This document shows, one piece after another, positions 1-11,900 of a stretch of DNA of 64,000 bases. How positions within the stretch are numbered: the stretch's first letter is position 1; the number at the start of each line of letters is the position of its first letter. This stretch comes from Eledone cirrhosa (taxonomy: Eukaryota). Under the pieces are notes generated by a model. That model did not search any database, was not told where the DNA came from, and saw only the letters and a list, made by a program, of their open reading frames with translations. The DNA lies in contig OZ024741.1 of assembly GCA_964016885.1 (NCBI GenBank), positions 246,140,001 through 246,204,000 on the forward strand. The letters run 5' to 3'. The position numbers and the translations under genes were made by a program.

Positions 1-1230
1 CGGGAAATTATCTCCCCTTGGACGGCTGGAAATTATCTGCCCTTGATTTTCTTTTTACAAATTATCTTCCACTGATTTTTTTTACAAATTATCTCCACCT
101 GATTTTTTAAAAAATTATCTCCCCTTGGAAGGCTGGAAATTATCTCTCTTTGTACGGCTGGAAATTATCACCCCTTGAGTTTTTTACAAATTATCTCCCC
201 CTGATTTTTTTTACAAATCTCCCAGTGTTTTTTAAAAAAAATTATCTCCCCTTCGCTGGCTGGAAATTATCTCCCCTTGGACGCTGGAAATTATAGCCCC
301 TTGGAGGGCTGGAAATTATCTTCCCTTGGACGGCTGGAAATTATCTCCCCTTGATTTTTTTTACAAATTATCTCCCCCTGATTTTTTTTTACAAATTATC
401 TCCCCCTGATTTTTTTTTACAACTTATCTGCGCCTGATTTTTTAAAAAAAATTATCTTCCCTTGGACGGCTGGAAATTATCTCCCCTTGGACGGCTGGAA
501 ATTATCTCTCCTTGGACGGCTAGAATTTACCTCTCTTTGGACGGCTGAAAATTATCTCCCCTTGGACGGCTGGAAATTATCTCCCCTTGATTTTTTTTAC
601 AAATTATCTCCCCCTGATTTTTTTTTACAAATTATCTCCCCCTGATTTTTTTTTACAAATTATCTCCCCCTGATTTTTTTTTACAAATTATCTCCCCCTG
701 ATTTTTTTTACAAATTATCTCCCCCTGATTTTTTTACAAATTATCTCCCCTTGGCTGGTTGGAAATTATCTCCCCTTGGAGGCTGGAACTTATGTCCCCT
801 TGGACGGCTAGAAATTACCTCTCCTTGGACGGCTGGAAAATATGTCTCCTTGGACGGCTGGATATTATCTCCCCTTGGACGGCTGGAAATTATCTCCCCT
901 TGGACGGCTGGAAATTATCTCCCCTTGGATGGCTAGATATTACCTCCCCTTGGACGGCTGGAAATTATCTCCCCTTGATTTTTTTTACAAATTATCTCCC
1001 CCTGATTTTTTTTTACAAATTATCTCCCCCTGATTTTTTTTTACAAATTATCTCCCCCTGATTTTTGTTTACAAATTATCTCCGCCTGATTTTTTTTTTA
1101 AAATTATCTCCCCTTGGACGGCTGGAAATTATCTCCCCTTGGACGGCTAGAAATTACCTATCCTTGGACGGCTGAAAATTATCTCCCCTTGGACGGCTGG
1201 AAATTATCTCCCCTTGATTTTTTTACAAAT
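1..1230 (+). repeat. Segment essentially identical to about 11,111-12,340 and about 46,558-47,790
   Basis: The offset is 11,110 (ORF starts 751/11861, 1114/12224). All three copies share the 46-bp-shorter junction GGAAGGCTGGAAATTATCTCTCTTTGTACGG, compared with the copy at ~3,661-3,740. Confidence 0.85.
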
Positions 1231-2149
1231 TATCTCCCCTTGATTTTTTTTACAAATTATCTCCCCCTGATTTTTTTTTACAAATTATCTCCCCCTGATT
1301 TTTTTTACAAATTATCTCCCCCTGATTTTTTTTTACAAATTATCTCCCCCTGATTTTTTTTACAAATTATCTCCCCCTGATTTTTTTTACAAATTATCTC
1401 CCCCTGATTTTTTTTTACAAATTATCTCCCCCTGATTTTTTTACAAATTATCCCCCCCTGATTTTTTTTACAAATTATCTCCGCCTGATTTTTTAAAATA
1501 TTATCTTCCCTTGGCTGGCGGGAAATTATCTCCCCTTGGACGGCTGGAAATTATCTGCCCTTGATTTTCTTTTTACAAATTAACTTCCACTGATTTTTTT
1601 TACAAATTATCTCCCCTGATTTTTTTAAAAATTATCTCCCCTTGGAAGGCTGGAAATTATCTCCCCTTGGCTGGAAATTATCTCCCCTTGGACGGCTAGA
1701 AATTATCTCTCTTTGGACGGCTGGAAATTATCACCCCTTGAGTTTTTTACAAATTATCTCCCCCTGATTTTTTTTACAAATCTCCCAGTGATTTTTAAAA
1801 AAAAATTATCTTCCCTTCGCTGGCTGGAAATTATCTCCCCTTGGACGCTGGAAATTATAGCCCCTTGGAGGGCTGGAAATTATCTTCCCTTGGACGGCTG
1901 GAAATTATCTCCCCTTGATTTTTTTTACAAATTATCTCCCCCTGATTTTTTTTTACAAATTATCTCCCCCTGATTTTTTTTTACAACTTATCTGCGCCTG
2001 ATTTTTTTAAAAAAATTATCTCTCCTTGGACGGCTGGAAATTATCTACCCTTGGACGGCTGGAAATTATCTCTCCTTGGACGGCTAGAATTTACCTCTCC
2101 TTGGACGGCTGAAAATTATCTCCCCTTGGACGGCTGGAAATTATCTCCC

Positions 2150-2470
2150 CTTGATTTTTTTTACAAATTATCTCCCCCTGATTTTTTTTTACAAATTATC
2201 TCCCCCTGATTTTTTTTTACAAATTATCTCCCCCTGATTTTTTTTTACAAATTATCTCCCCCTGATTTTTTTTACAAATTATCTCCCCCTGATTTTTTTT
2301 TACAAATTATCTCCCCCTGATTTTTTTTTACAAATTATCTCCCCCTGATTTTTTTTTACAAATTATCTCCCCCTGATTTTTTTTTACAAATTATCTCCCC
2401 CTGATTTTTTTTACAAATTATCTCCCCCTGATTTTTTTTTACAAATTATCTCCGCCTGATTTTTTTTTAA
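2150..2470 (+). repeat. Long pure run of type-B (poly-T) monomers, about 11-12 units; paralogs near 9,725, 22,075, 45,175 and 57,345
   Basis: Consecutive AAATTATCTCCCCCTGA-T8/9-AC units with no type-A monomer. Confidence 0.85.
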
Positions 2471-5400
2471 AAATTACCTCCCCTTGGACGGCTGGAAATT
2501 ATCTCCCCTTGGACGGCTGGAAATTATCTCCCCTTGGACGGCTAGAAATTATCTCTCCTTGGACGGCTGAAAATTATCTCCCCTTGGACGGCTGCAAATT
2601 ATCTCCCCTTGATTTTTTTTACAAATTATCTCCCCCTGATTTTTTTTACAAATTATCTCCCCCTGATTTTTTTTACAAATTATCTACCCCTGATTTTTTT
2701 TACAAATTATCTCCCCCTGATTTTTTTTTACAAATTATCTCCCCCTGATTTTTTTTTACAAATTATCTCCCCCTGATTTTTCTTTTACAAATTATCTCCC
2801 CCTGATTTTTTTACAAAGTATCTCCCCCTGATTTTTTTTACAATCTCCGCCTGATTTTTTTAAAAATTATCTTCCCTTGGCTGGCGGGAAATTATCTCCC
2901 CTTGGACGGCTGGAAATTATCTCCCCTTGGAAGGATGGAAATTATCTCCCCTTGGACGGCTGGAAATTATCTCCCCTTGCACGGCTGGAAATTATCTCCC
3001 CTTGGACGGCTAGAAATTATCTCTCTTTGGACGGCTGGAAATTATCTCCCTTTGATTTTTTTTACAAATTATCTCCCTCTGATTTTTTTTACAAATCTCC
3101 CCCTGATTTTTTAAAAAAAATTATCTCCCCTTCGCTGGCTGGAAATTATCTCCCCTTGGACACTGGAAATTATAGCCCCTTGGAGGGCTGGAAATTATCT
3201 TCCCTTGGACGGCTGGAAATTATCTCCCCCTGATTTTTTTAACAAATTATCTCCGCCTTATTTTTTTTAAAAATTATCTCTCCTTGGACGGCTGGAAATT
3301 ATCTCCCCTTGATTTTTTTTACAAATAATCTCCCCCTGATTTTTTTTTACAAATTATCTCCCCCTGATTTTTTTTTACAAATTATCTACCCCTGATTTTT
3401 TTTTACAAATTATCTCCCCCTGATTTTTTACAAATTATCTCCCCCTGATTTTTCTTTTACAAATTATCTCCCCCTGATTTTTTTTACAAATTATCTCCGC
3501 CTGATTTTTTTAAATATTATCTTCCCTTGGCTGGCGGGAAATTATCTCCCCTTGGACGGCTGGAAATTATCTGCCCTTGATTTTCTTTTTACAAATTATC
3601 TTCCACTGATTTTTTTTACAAATTATCTCCACCTGATTTTTTAAAAAATTATCTCCCCTTGGAAGGCTGGAAATTATCTCCCCTTGGCTGGAAATTATCT
3701 CCCCTTGGACGGCTAGAAATTATCTCTCTTTGTACGGCTGGAAATTATCACCCCTTGAGTTTTTTACAAATTATCTCCCCCTGATTTTTTTTACAAATCT
3801 CCCAGTGTTTTTAAAAAAAAATTATCTCCCCTTCGCTGGCTGGAAATTATCTCCCCTTGGACGCTGGAAATTATAGCCCCTTGGAGGGCTGGAAATTATC
3901 TTCCCTTGGACGGCTGGAAATTATCTCCCCTTGATTTTTTTTACAAATTATCTCCCCCTGATTTTTTTTTACAAATTATCTCCCCCTGATTTTTTTTTAC
4001 AACTTATCTGCGCCTGATTTTTTAAAAAAAATTATCTTCCCTTGGACGGCTGGAAATTATCTCCCCTTGGACAGCTGGAAATTATCTCTCCTTGGACGGC
4101 TAGAATTTACCTCTCTTTGGACGGCTGAAAATTATCTCCCCTTGGACGGCTGGAAATTATCTCCCCTTGATTTTTTTTACAAATTATCTCCCCCTGATTT
4201 TTTTTTACAAATTATCTCCCCCTGATTTTTTTTTACAAATTATCTCCCCCTGATTTTTTTTTACAAATTATCTCCCCCTGATTTTTTTTACAAATTATCT
4301 CCCCCTGATTTTTTTACAAATTATCTCCCCTTGGCTGGTTGGAAATTATCTCCCCTTGGAGGCTGGAACTTATGTCCCCTTGGACGGCTAGAAATTACCT
4401 CTCCTTGGACGGCTGGAAAATATGTCTCCTTGGACGGCTGGATATTATCTCCCCTTGGACGGCTGGAAATTATCTCCCCTTGGACGGCTGGAAATTATCT
4501 CCCCTTGGATGGCTAGATATTACCTCCCCTTGGACGGCTGGAAATTATCTCCCCTTGATTTTTTTTACAAATTATCTCCCCCTGATTTTTTTTTACAAAT
4601 TATCTCCCCCTGATTTTTTTTTACAAATTATCTCCCCCTGATTTTTGTTTACAAATTATCTCCGCCTGATTTTTTTTTTAAAATTATCTCCCCTTGGACG
4701 GCTGGAAATTATCTCCCCTTGGACGGCTAGAAATTACCTATCCTTGGACGGCTGAAAATTATCTCCCCTTGGACGGCTGGAAATTATCTCCCCTTGATTT
4801 TTTTTACAAATTATCTCCCCCTGATTTTTTTTACAAATTATCTCCCCCTGATTTTTTTACAAATTATCTCCCCCTGATTTTTTTTTACAAATTATCTCCC
4901 CCTGATTTTTTTTACAAATTATCTCCCTCTGATTTTTTTACAAATTATCTCCCCTTGGCTGGCTGGAAATTATCTCCCCTTGGACGGCTAGAAATTACCT
5001 CTCCTTGGACGGCTGGAAAATATGTCTCCTTGGACGGCTGGATATTATCTCCCCTTGGACGGCTGGAAATTATCTCCCCTTGGACGGCTGGAAATTATCT
5101 CCCCTTGGACGGATAGATATTACCTCCCCTTGGACGGCTGGAAATTATCTCCCCTTGATTTTTTTACAAATTATCTCCCCCTGATTTATTTTACAAATCT
5201 CCCAATGATTTTAAAAAAAAATTATCTCCCCTTCGCTGGCTGGAAATTATCTCCCCTTGGACGCTGGAAATTATAGCCCCTTGGAGGGCTGGAAATTATC
5301 TTCCCTTGGACGGCTGGAAATTATCTCCCCTTGATTTTTTTTACAAATTATCTCCCCCTGATTTTTTTTACAAATTATCTCCCCCTGATTTTTTTTACAA

Positions 5401-5989
5401 ATTATCTCCCCCTGATTTTTTTTTACAAATTATCTCCCCCTGATTTTTTTACAAATTATCTCCCCCTGATTTTTTTTACAATCTCCGCCTGATTTTTTTA
5501 AAAATTATCTTCCCTTGGCTGGCTGGAAATTATCTCCCCTTGGACACTGGAAATTATAGCCCCTTGGAGGGCTGGAAATTATCTTCCCTTGGACGGCTGG
5601 AAATTATCTCCCCTTGATTTTTTTTACAAATTATCTCCGCCTGATTTTTTTTACAAATTATCTCCCCCTGATTTTTTTTTACAAATTATCTACCCCTGAT
5701 TTTTTTTTACAAATTATCTCCCCCTGATTTTTTTTACAAATTATCTCCCCCTGATTTTTCTTTTACAAATTATCTCCCCCTGATTTTTTTACAAATTATC
5801 TCCCCCTGATTTTTTTTACAAATTATCTCCGCCTGATTTTTTTAAATATTATCTTCCCTTGGCTGGCGGGAAATTATCTCCCCTTGGACGGCTGGAAATT
5901 ATCTGCCCTTGATTTTCTTTTTACAAATTATCTTCCACTGATTTTTTTTACAAATTATCTCCACCTGATTTTTTAAAAAATTATCTCCC

Positions 5990-8900
5990 CTTGGAAGGCT
6001 GGAAATTATCTCCCCTTGGACGGCTGGAAATTATCTCCCCTTGGACGGCTAGAAATTATCTCTCCTTGGACGGCTGAAAATTATCTCCCCTTGGACGGCT
6101 GCAAATTATCTCCCCTTGATTTTTTTTACAAATTATCTCCCCCTGATTTTTTTTACAAATTATCTCCCCCTGATTTTTTTTACAAATTATCTACCCCTGA
6201 TTTTTTTTACAAATTATCTCCCCCTGATTTTTTTTTACAAATTATCTCCCCCTGATTTTTTTTTACAAATTATCTCCCCCTGATTTTTTTTTTACAAATT
6301 ATCTCCCCCTGATTTTTTTACAAATTATCTCCCCCTGATTTTTTTTACAATCTCCGCCTGATTTTTTTAAAAATTATCTTCCCTTGGCTGGCGGGAAATT
6401 ATCTCCCCTTGGACGGCTGGAAATTATCTCGCCTTGCACGGCTGGAAATTATCTCCCCTTGGCTGGAAATTATCTCCCCTTGGACGGCTAGAAATTATCT
6501 CTCTTTGGACGGCTGGAAATTATCTCCCTTTGATTTTTTTTACAAATTATCTCCCTCTGATTTTTTTTACAAATCTCCCCCTGATTTTTTAAAAAAAATT
6601 ATCTCCCCTTCGCTGGCTGGAAATTATCTTCCCTTGGACGGCTGGAAATTATCTCACCTTGATTTTTTTTACAAATTATCTCCGCCTGATTTTTTTTTAA
6701 AATTATCTCTCCTTGGACGGCTGGAAATTATCTCCCCTTGATTTTTTTTACAAATAATCTCCCCCTGATTTTTTTTTATAAATTATCTCCCCCTGATTTT
6801 TTTTTACAAATTATCTACCCCTGTTTTTTTTTACAAATTATCTCCCCCTGATTTTTTTTACAAATTATCTCCCCCTGATTTTTCTTTTACAAATTATCTC
6901 CCCCTGATTTTTCTTTTACAAATTATCTCCCCCTGATTTTTTTACAAATTATCTCCCCCTGATTTTTTTTACAAATTGTCTCCGCCTGATTTTTTTAAAT
7001 ATTATCTTCCCTTGGCTGGCGGGAAATTACCTCCCCTTGGACGGCTGGAAATTATCTGCCCTTGATTTTCTTTTTACAAATTATCTTCCACTGATTTTTT
7101 TTACAAATTATCTCCACCTGATTTTTTAAAAAATTATCTCCCCTTGGAAGGCTGGAAATTATCTCCCCTTGGCTGGAAATTATCTCCCCTTGGACGGCTA
7201 GAAATTATCTCTCTTTGGACGGCTGGAAATTATCACCCCTTGAGTTTTTTACAAATTATCTCCCCCTGATTTTTTTTACAAATCTCCCAGTGATTTTTTA
7301 AAAAAAATTATCTCCCCTTCGCTGGCTGGAAATTATCTCCCCTTGGACGCTGGAAATTATAGCCCCTTGGAGGGCTGGAAATTATCTTCCCTTGGACGGC
7401 TGGAAATTATCTCCCCTTGATTTTTTTTACAAATTATCTCCCCCTGATTTTTTTTTACAAATTATCTCCCCCTGATTTTTTTTTACAACTTATCTGCGCC
7501 TGATTTTTTTAAAAAAATTATCTCCCCTTGGACGGCTGGAAATTATCTCCCCTTGGACGGCTGGAAATTATCTCTCCTTGGACGGCTAGAATTTACCTCT
7601 CCTTGGACGGCTGAAAATTATCTCCCCTTGGACGGCTGGAAATTATCTCCCCTTGATTTTTTTTACAAATTATCTCCCCCTTTTTTTTTTTTACAAATTA
7701 TCTCCCCCTGATTTTTTTTTACAAATTATCTCCCCCTGATTTTTTTTTACAAATTATCTCCCCCTGATTTTTTTTACAAATTATCTCCCCCCTGATTTTT
7801 TTACAAATTATCTCCCCTTGGCTGGCTGGAAATTATCTCCCCTTGGAGGCTGGAACTTATCTCCCCTTGGACGGCTAGAAATTACCTCTCCTTGGACGGC
7901 TGGAAAATATGTCTCCTTGGACGGCTGGATATTATCTCCCCTTGGACGGCTGGAAATTATCTCCCCTTGGATGGCTGGAAATTATCTCCCCTTGGATGGC
8001 TAGATATTACCTCCCCTTGGACGGCTGGAAATTATCTCCCCTTGATTTTTTTAACAAATTATCTCCCCCTGATTTTTTTTTACAAATGATCTCCCCCTGA
8101 TTTTTTTTAAAAAATTATCTCCCCCTGATTTTTGTTTACAAATTATCTCCGCCTGATTTTTTTTAACAAATTATCTCCCCTTGGACGGCTGGAAATTATC
8201 TCCCCTTGGACGGCTGGAAATTATATCTCCTTGGACGGCTAGAATTTACCTCTCCTTGGACGGCTGAAAATTATCTCCCCTTGGACGGCTGGAAATTATC
8301 TCCCCTTGATTTTTTTTACAAATCATCTCCCCCTGATTTTTTTTTACAAATTATCTCCCCCTGATTTTTTTTTACAAATTATCTCCCCCTGATTTTTTTT
8401 TACAAATTATCTCCATCTGATTTTTTTACAAATTATCTCCCCTTGGCTGGCTGGAAATTATCTCCCCTTGGAGGCTGGAACTTATCTCCCCTTGGACGGC
8501 TAGAAATTACCTCTCCTTGGACGGCTGGAAAATATGTCTCCTTGGACAGCTGGATATTATCTCCCCTTGGACGGCTGGAAATTATCTCCCCTTGGACGGC
8601 TGGAAATTATCTCCCCTTGGATGGCTAGATATTACCTCCCCTTGGACGGCTGGAAATTATCTCCCCTTGATTTTTTTTACAAATTATCTCCCCCTGATTT
8701 TTTTTTACAAATTATCTCCCCCTGATTTTTGTTTACAAATTATCTCCGCCTGATTTTTTTTTTTAAATTATCTCCCCTTGGACGGCTGGAAATTATCTCC
8801 CCTTGGACGGCTAGAAATTACCTCTCCTTGGACGGCTGAAAATTATCTCCCCTTGGACGGCTGGAAATTATCTCCACTTGGACGGCTGGAAATTATCTCC

Positions 8901-11900
8901 CCTTGGATGGCTAGATATTACCTCCCCTTGGACGGCTGGAAATTATCTCCCCTTGATTTTTTTTACAAATTATCTCCCCCTGATTTTTTTTTACAAATTA
9001 TCTCCCCCTGATTTTTTTACAAATTATCCCCCCCTGATTTTTTTTACAAATTATCTCCGCCTGATTTTTTAAAATATTATCTTCCCTTGGCTGGCGGGAA
9101 ATTATCTCCCCTTGGACGGCTGGAAATTATCTGCCCTTGATTTTCTTTTTACAAATTAACTTCCACTGATTTTTTTTACAAATTATCTCCCCTGATTTTT
9201 TTAAAAATTATCTCCCCTTGGAAGGCTGGAAATTATCTCCCCTTGGCTGGAAATTATCTCCCCTTGGACGGCTAGAAATTATCTCTCTTTGGACGGCTGG
9301 AAATTATCACCCCTTGAGTTTTTTACAAATTATCTCCCCCTGATTTTTTTTACAAATCTCCCAGTGATTTTTAAAAAAAAATTATCTTCCCTTCGCTGGC
9401 TGGAAATTATCTCCCCTTGGACGCTGGAAATTATAGCCCCTTGGAGGGCTGGAAATTATCTTCCCTTGGACGGCTGGAAATTATCTCCCCTTGATTTTTT
9501 TTACAAATTATCTCCCCCTGATTTTTTTTTACAAATTATCTCCCCCTGATTTTTTTTTACAACTTATCTGCGCCTGATTTTTTTAAAAAAATTATCTCTC
9601 CTTGGACGGCTGGAAATTATCTACCCTTGGACGGCTGGAAATTATCTCTCCTTGGACGGCTAGAATTTACCTCTCCTTGGACGGCTGAAAATTATCTCCC
9701 CTTGGACGGCTGGAAATTATCTCCCCTTGATTTTTTTTACAAATTATCTCCCCCTGATTTTTTTTTACAAATTATCTCCCCCTGATTTTTTTTTACAAAT
9801 TATCTCCCCCTGATTTTTTTTTACAAATTATCTCCCCCTGATTTTTTTTACAAATTATCTCCCCCTGATTTTTTTTTACAAATTATCTCCCCCTGATTTT
9901 TTTTTACAAATTATCTCCCCCTGATTTTTTTTTACAAATTATCTCCCCCTGATTTTTTTTTACAAATTATCTCCCCCTGATTTTTTTTACAAATTATCTC
10001 CCCCTGATTTTTTTTTACAAATTATCTCCGCCTGATTTTTTTTTAAAAATTACCTCCCCTTGGACGGCTGGAAATTATCTCCCCTTGGACGGCTGGAAAT
10101 TATCTCCCCTTGGACGGCTAGAAATTATCTCTCCTTGGACGGCTGAAAATTATCTCCCCTTGGACGGCTGCAAATTATCTCCCCTTGATTTTTTTTACAA
10201 ATTATCTCCCCCTGATTTTTTTTACAAATTATCTCCCCCTGATTTTTTTTACAAATTATCTACCCCTGATTTTTTTTACAAATTATCTCCCCCTGATTTT
10301 TTTTTACAAATTATCTCCCCCTGATTTTTTTTTACAAATTATCTCCCCCTGATTTTTCTTTTACAAATTATCTCCCCCTGATTTTTTTACAAAGTATCTC
10401 CCCCTGATTTTTTTTACAATCTCCGCCTGATTTTTTAAAAAATTATCTTCCCTTGGCTGGCGGGAAATTATCTCCCCTTGGACGGCTGGAAATTATCTCC
10501 CCTTGGAAGGATGGAAATTATCTCCCCTTGGACGGCTGGAAATTATCTCCCCTTGCACGGCTGGAAATTATCTCCCCTTGGACGGCTAGAAATTATCTCT
10601 CTTTGGACGGCTGGAAATTATCTCCCTTTGATTTTTTTTACAAATTATCTCCCTCTGATTTTTTTTACAAATCTCCCCCTGATTTTTTAAAAAAAATTAT
10701 CTCCCCTTCGCTGGCTGGAAATTATCTCCCCTTGGACACTGGAAATTATAGCCCCTTGGAGGGCTGGAAATTATCTTCCCTTGGACGGCTGGAAATTATC
10801 TCCCCCTGATTTTTTTAACAAATTATCTCCGCCTTATTTTTTTTAAAAATTATCTCTCCTTGGACGGCTGGAAATTATCTCCCCTTGATTTTTTTTACAA
10901 ATAATCTCCCCCTGATTTTTTTTTACAAATTATCTCCCCCTGATTTTTTTTTACAAATTATCTACCCCTGATTTTTTTTTACAAATTATCTCCCCCTGAT
11001 TTTTTACAAATTATCTCCCCCTGATTTTTCTTTTACAAATTATCTCCCCCTGATTTTTTTTACAAATTATCTCCGCCTGATTTTTTTAAATATTATCTTC
11101 CCTTGGCTGGCGGGAAATTATCTCCCCTTGGACGGCTGGAAATTATCTGCCCTTGATTTTCTTTTTACAAATTATCTTCCACTGATTTTTTTTACAAATT
11201 ATCTCCACCTGATTTTTTAAAAAATTATCTCCCCTTGGAAGGCTGGAAATTATCTCTCTTTGTACGGCTGGAAATTATCACCCCTTGAGTTTTTTACAAA
11301 TTATCTCCCCCTGATTTTTTTTACAAATCTCCCAGTGTTTTTTAAAAAAAATTATCTCCCCTTCGCTGGCTGGAAATTATCTCCCCTTGGACGCTGGAAA
11401 TTATAGCCCCTTGGAGGGCTGGAAATTATCTTCCCTTGGACGGCTGGAAATTATCTCCCCTTGATTTTTTTTACAAATTATCTCCCCCTGATTTTTTTTT
11501 ACAAATTATCTCCCCCTGATTTTTTTTTACAACTTATCTGCGCCTGATTTTTTAAAAAAAATTATCTTCCCTTGGACGGCTGGAAATTATCTCCCCTTGG
11601 ACGGCTGGAAATTATCTCTCCTTGGACGGCTAGAATTTACCTCTCTTTGGACGGCTGAAAATTATCTCCCCTTGGACGGCTGGAAATTATCTCCCCTTGA
11701 TTTTTTTTACAAATTATCTCCCCCTGATTTTTTTTTACAAATTATCTCCCCCTGATTTTTTTTTACAAATTATCTCCCCCTGATTTTTTTTTACAAATTA
11801 TCTCCCCCTGATTTTTTTTACAAATTATCTCCCCCTGATTTTTTTACAAATTATCTCCCCTTGGCTGGTTGGAAATTATCTCCCCTTGGAGGCTGGAACT

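Noticed and set aside
1511-1525. Chi-like octamer GCTGGCGG in the GGCTGGCGGGAAA variant
   Set aside because: It is one mismatch from E. coli Chi (GCTGGTGG), arises trivially from the monomer, and nothing indicates a bacterial context.
2150-2470. Poly-T tracts as intrinsic or Pol III terminators, or phase-variation tracts
   Set aside because: There is no preceding GC hairpin and no associated gene. The tracts are simply part of monomer B.
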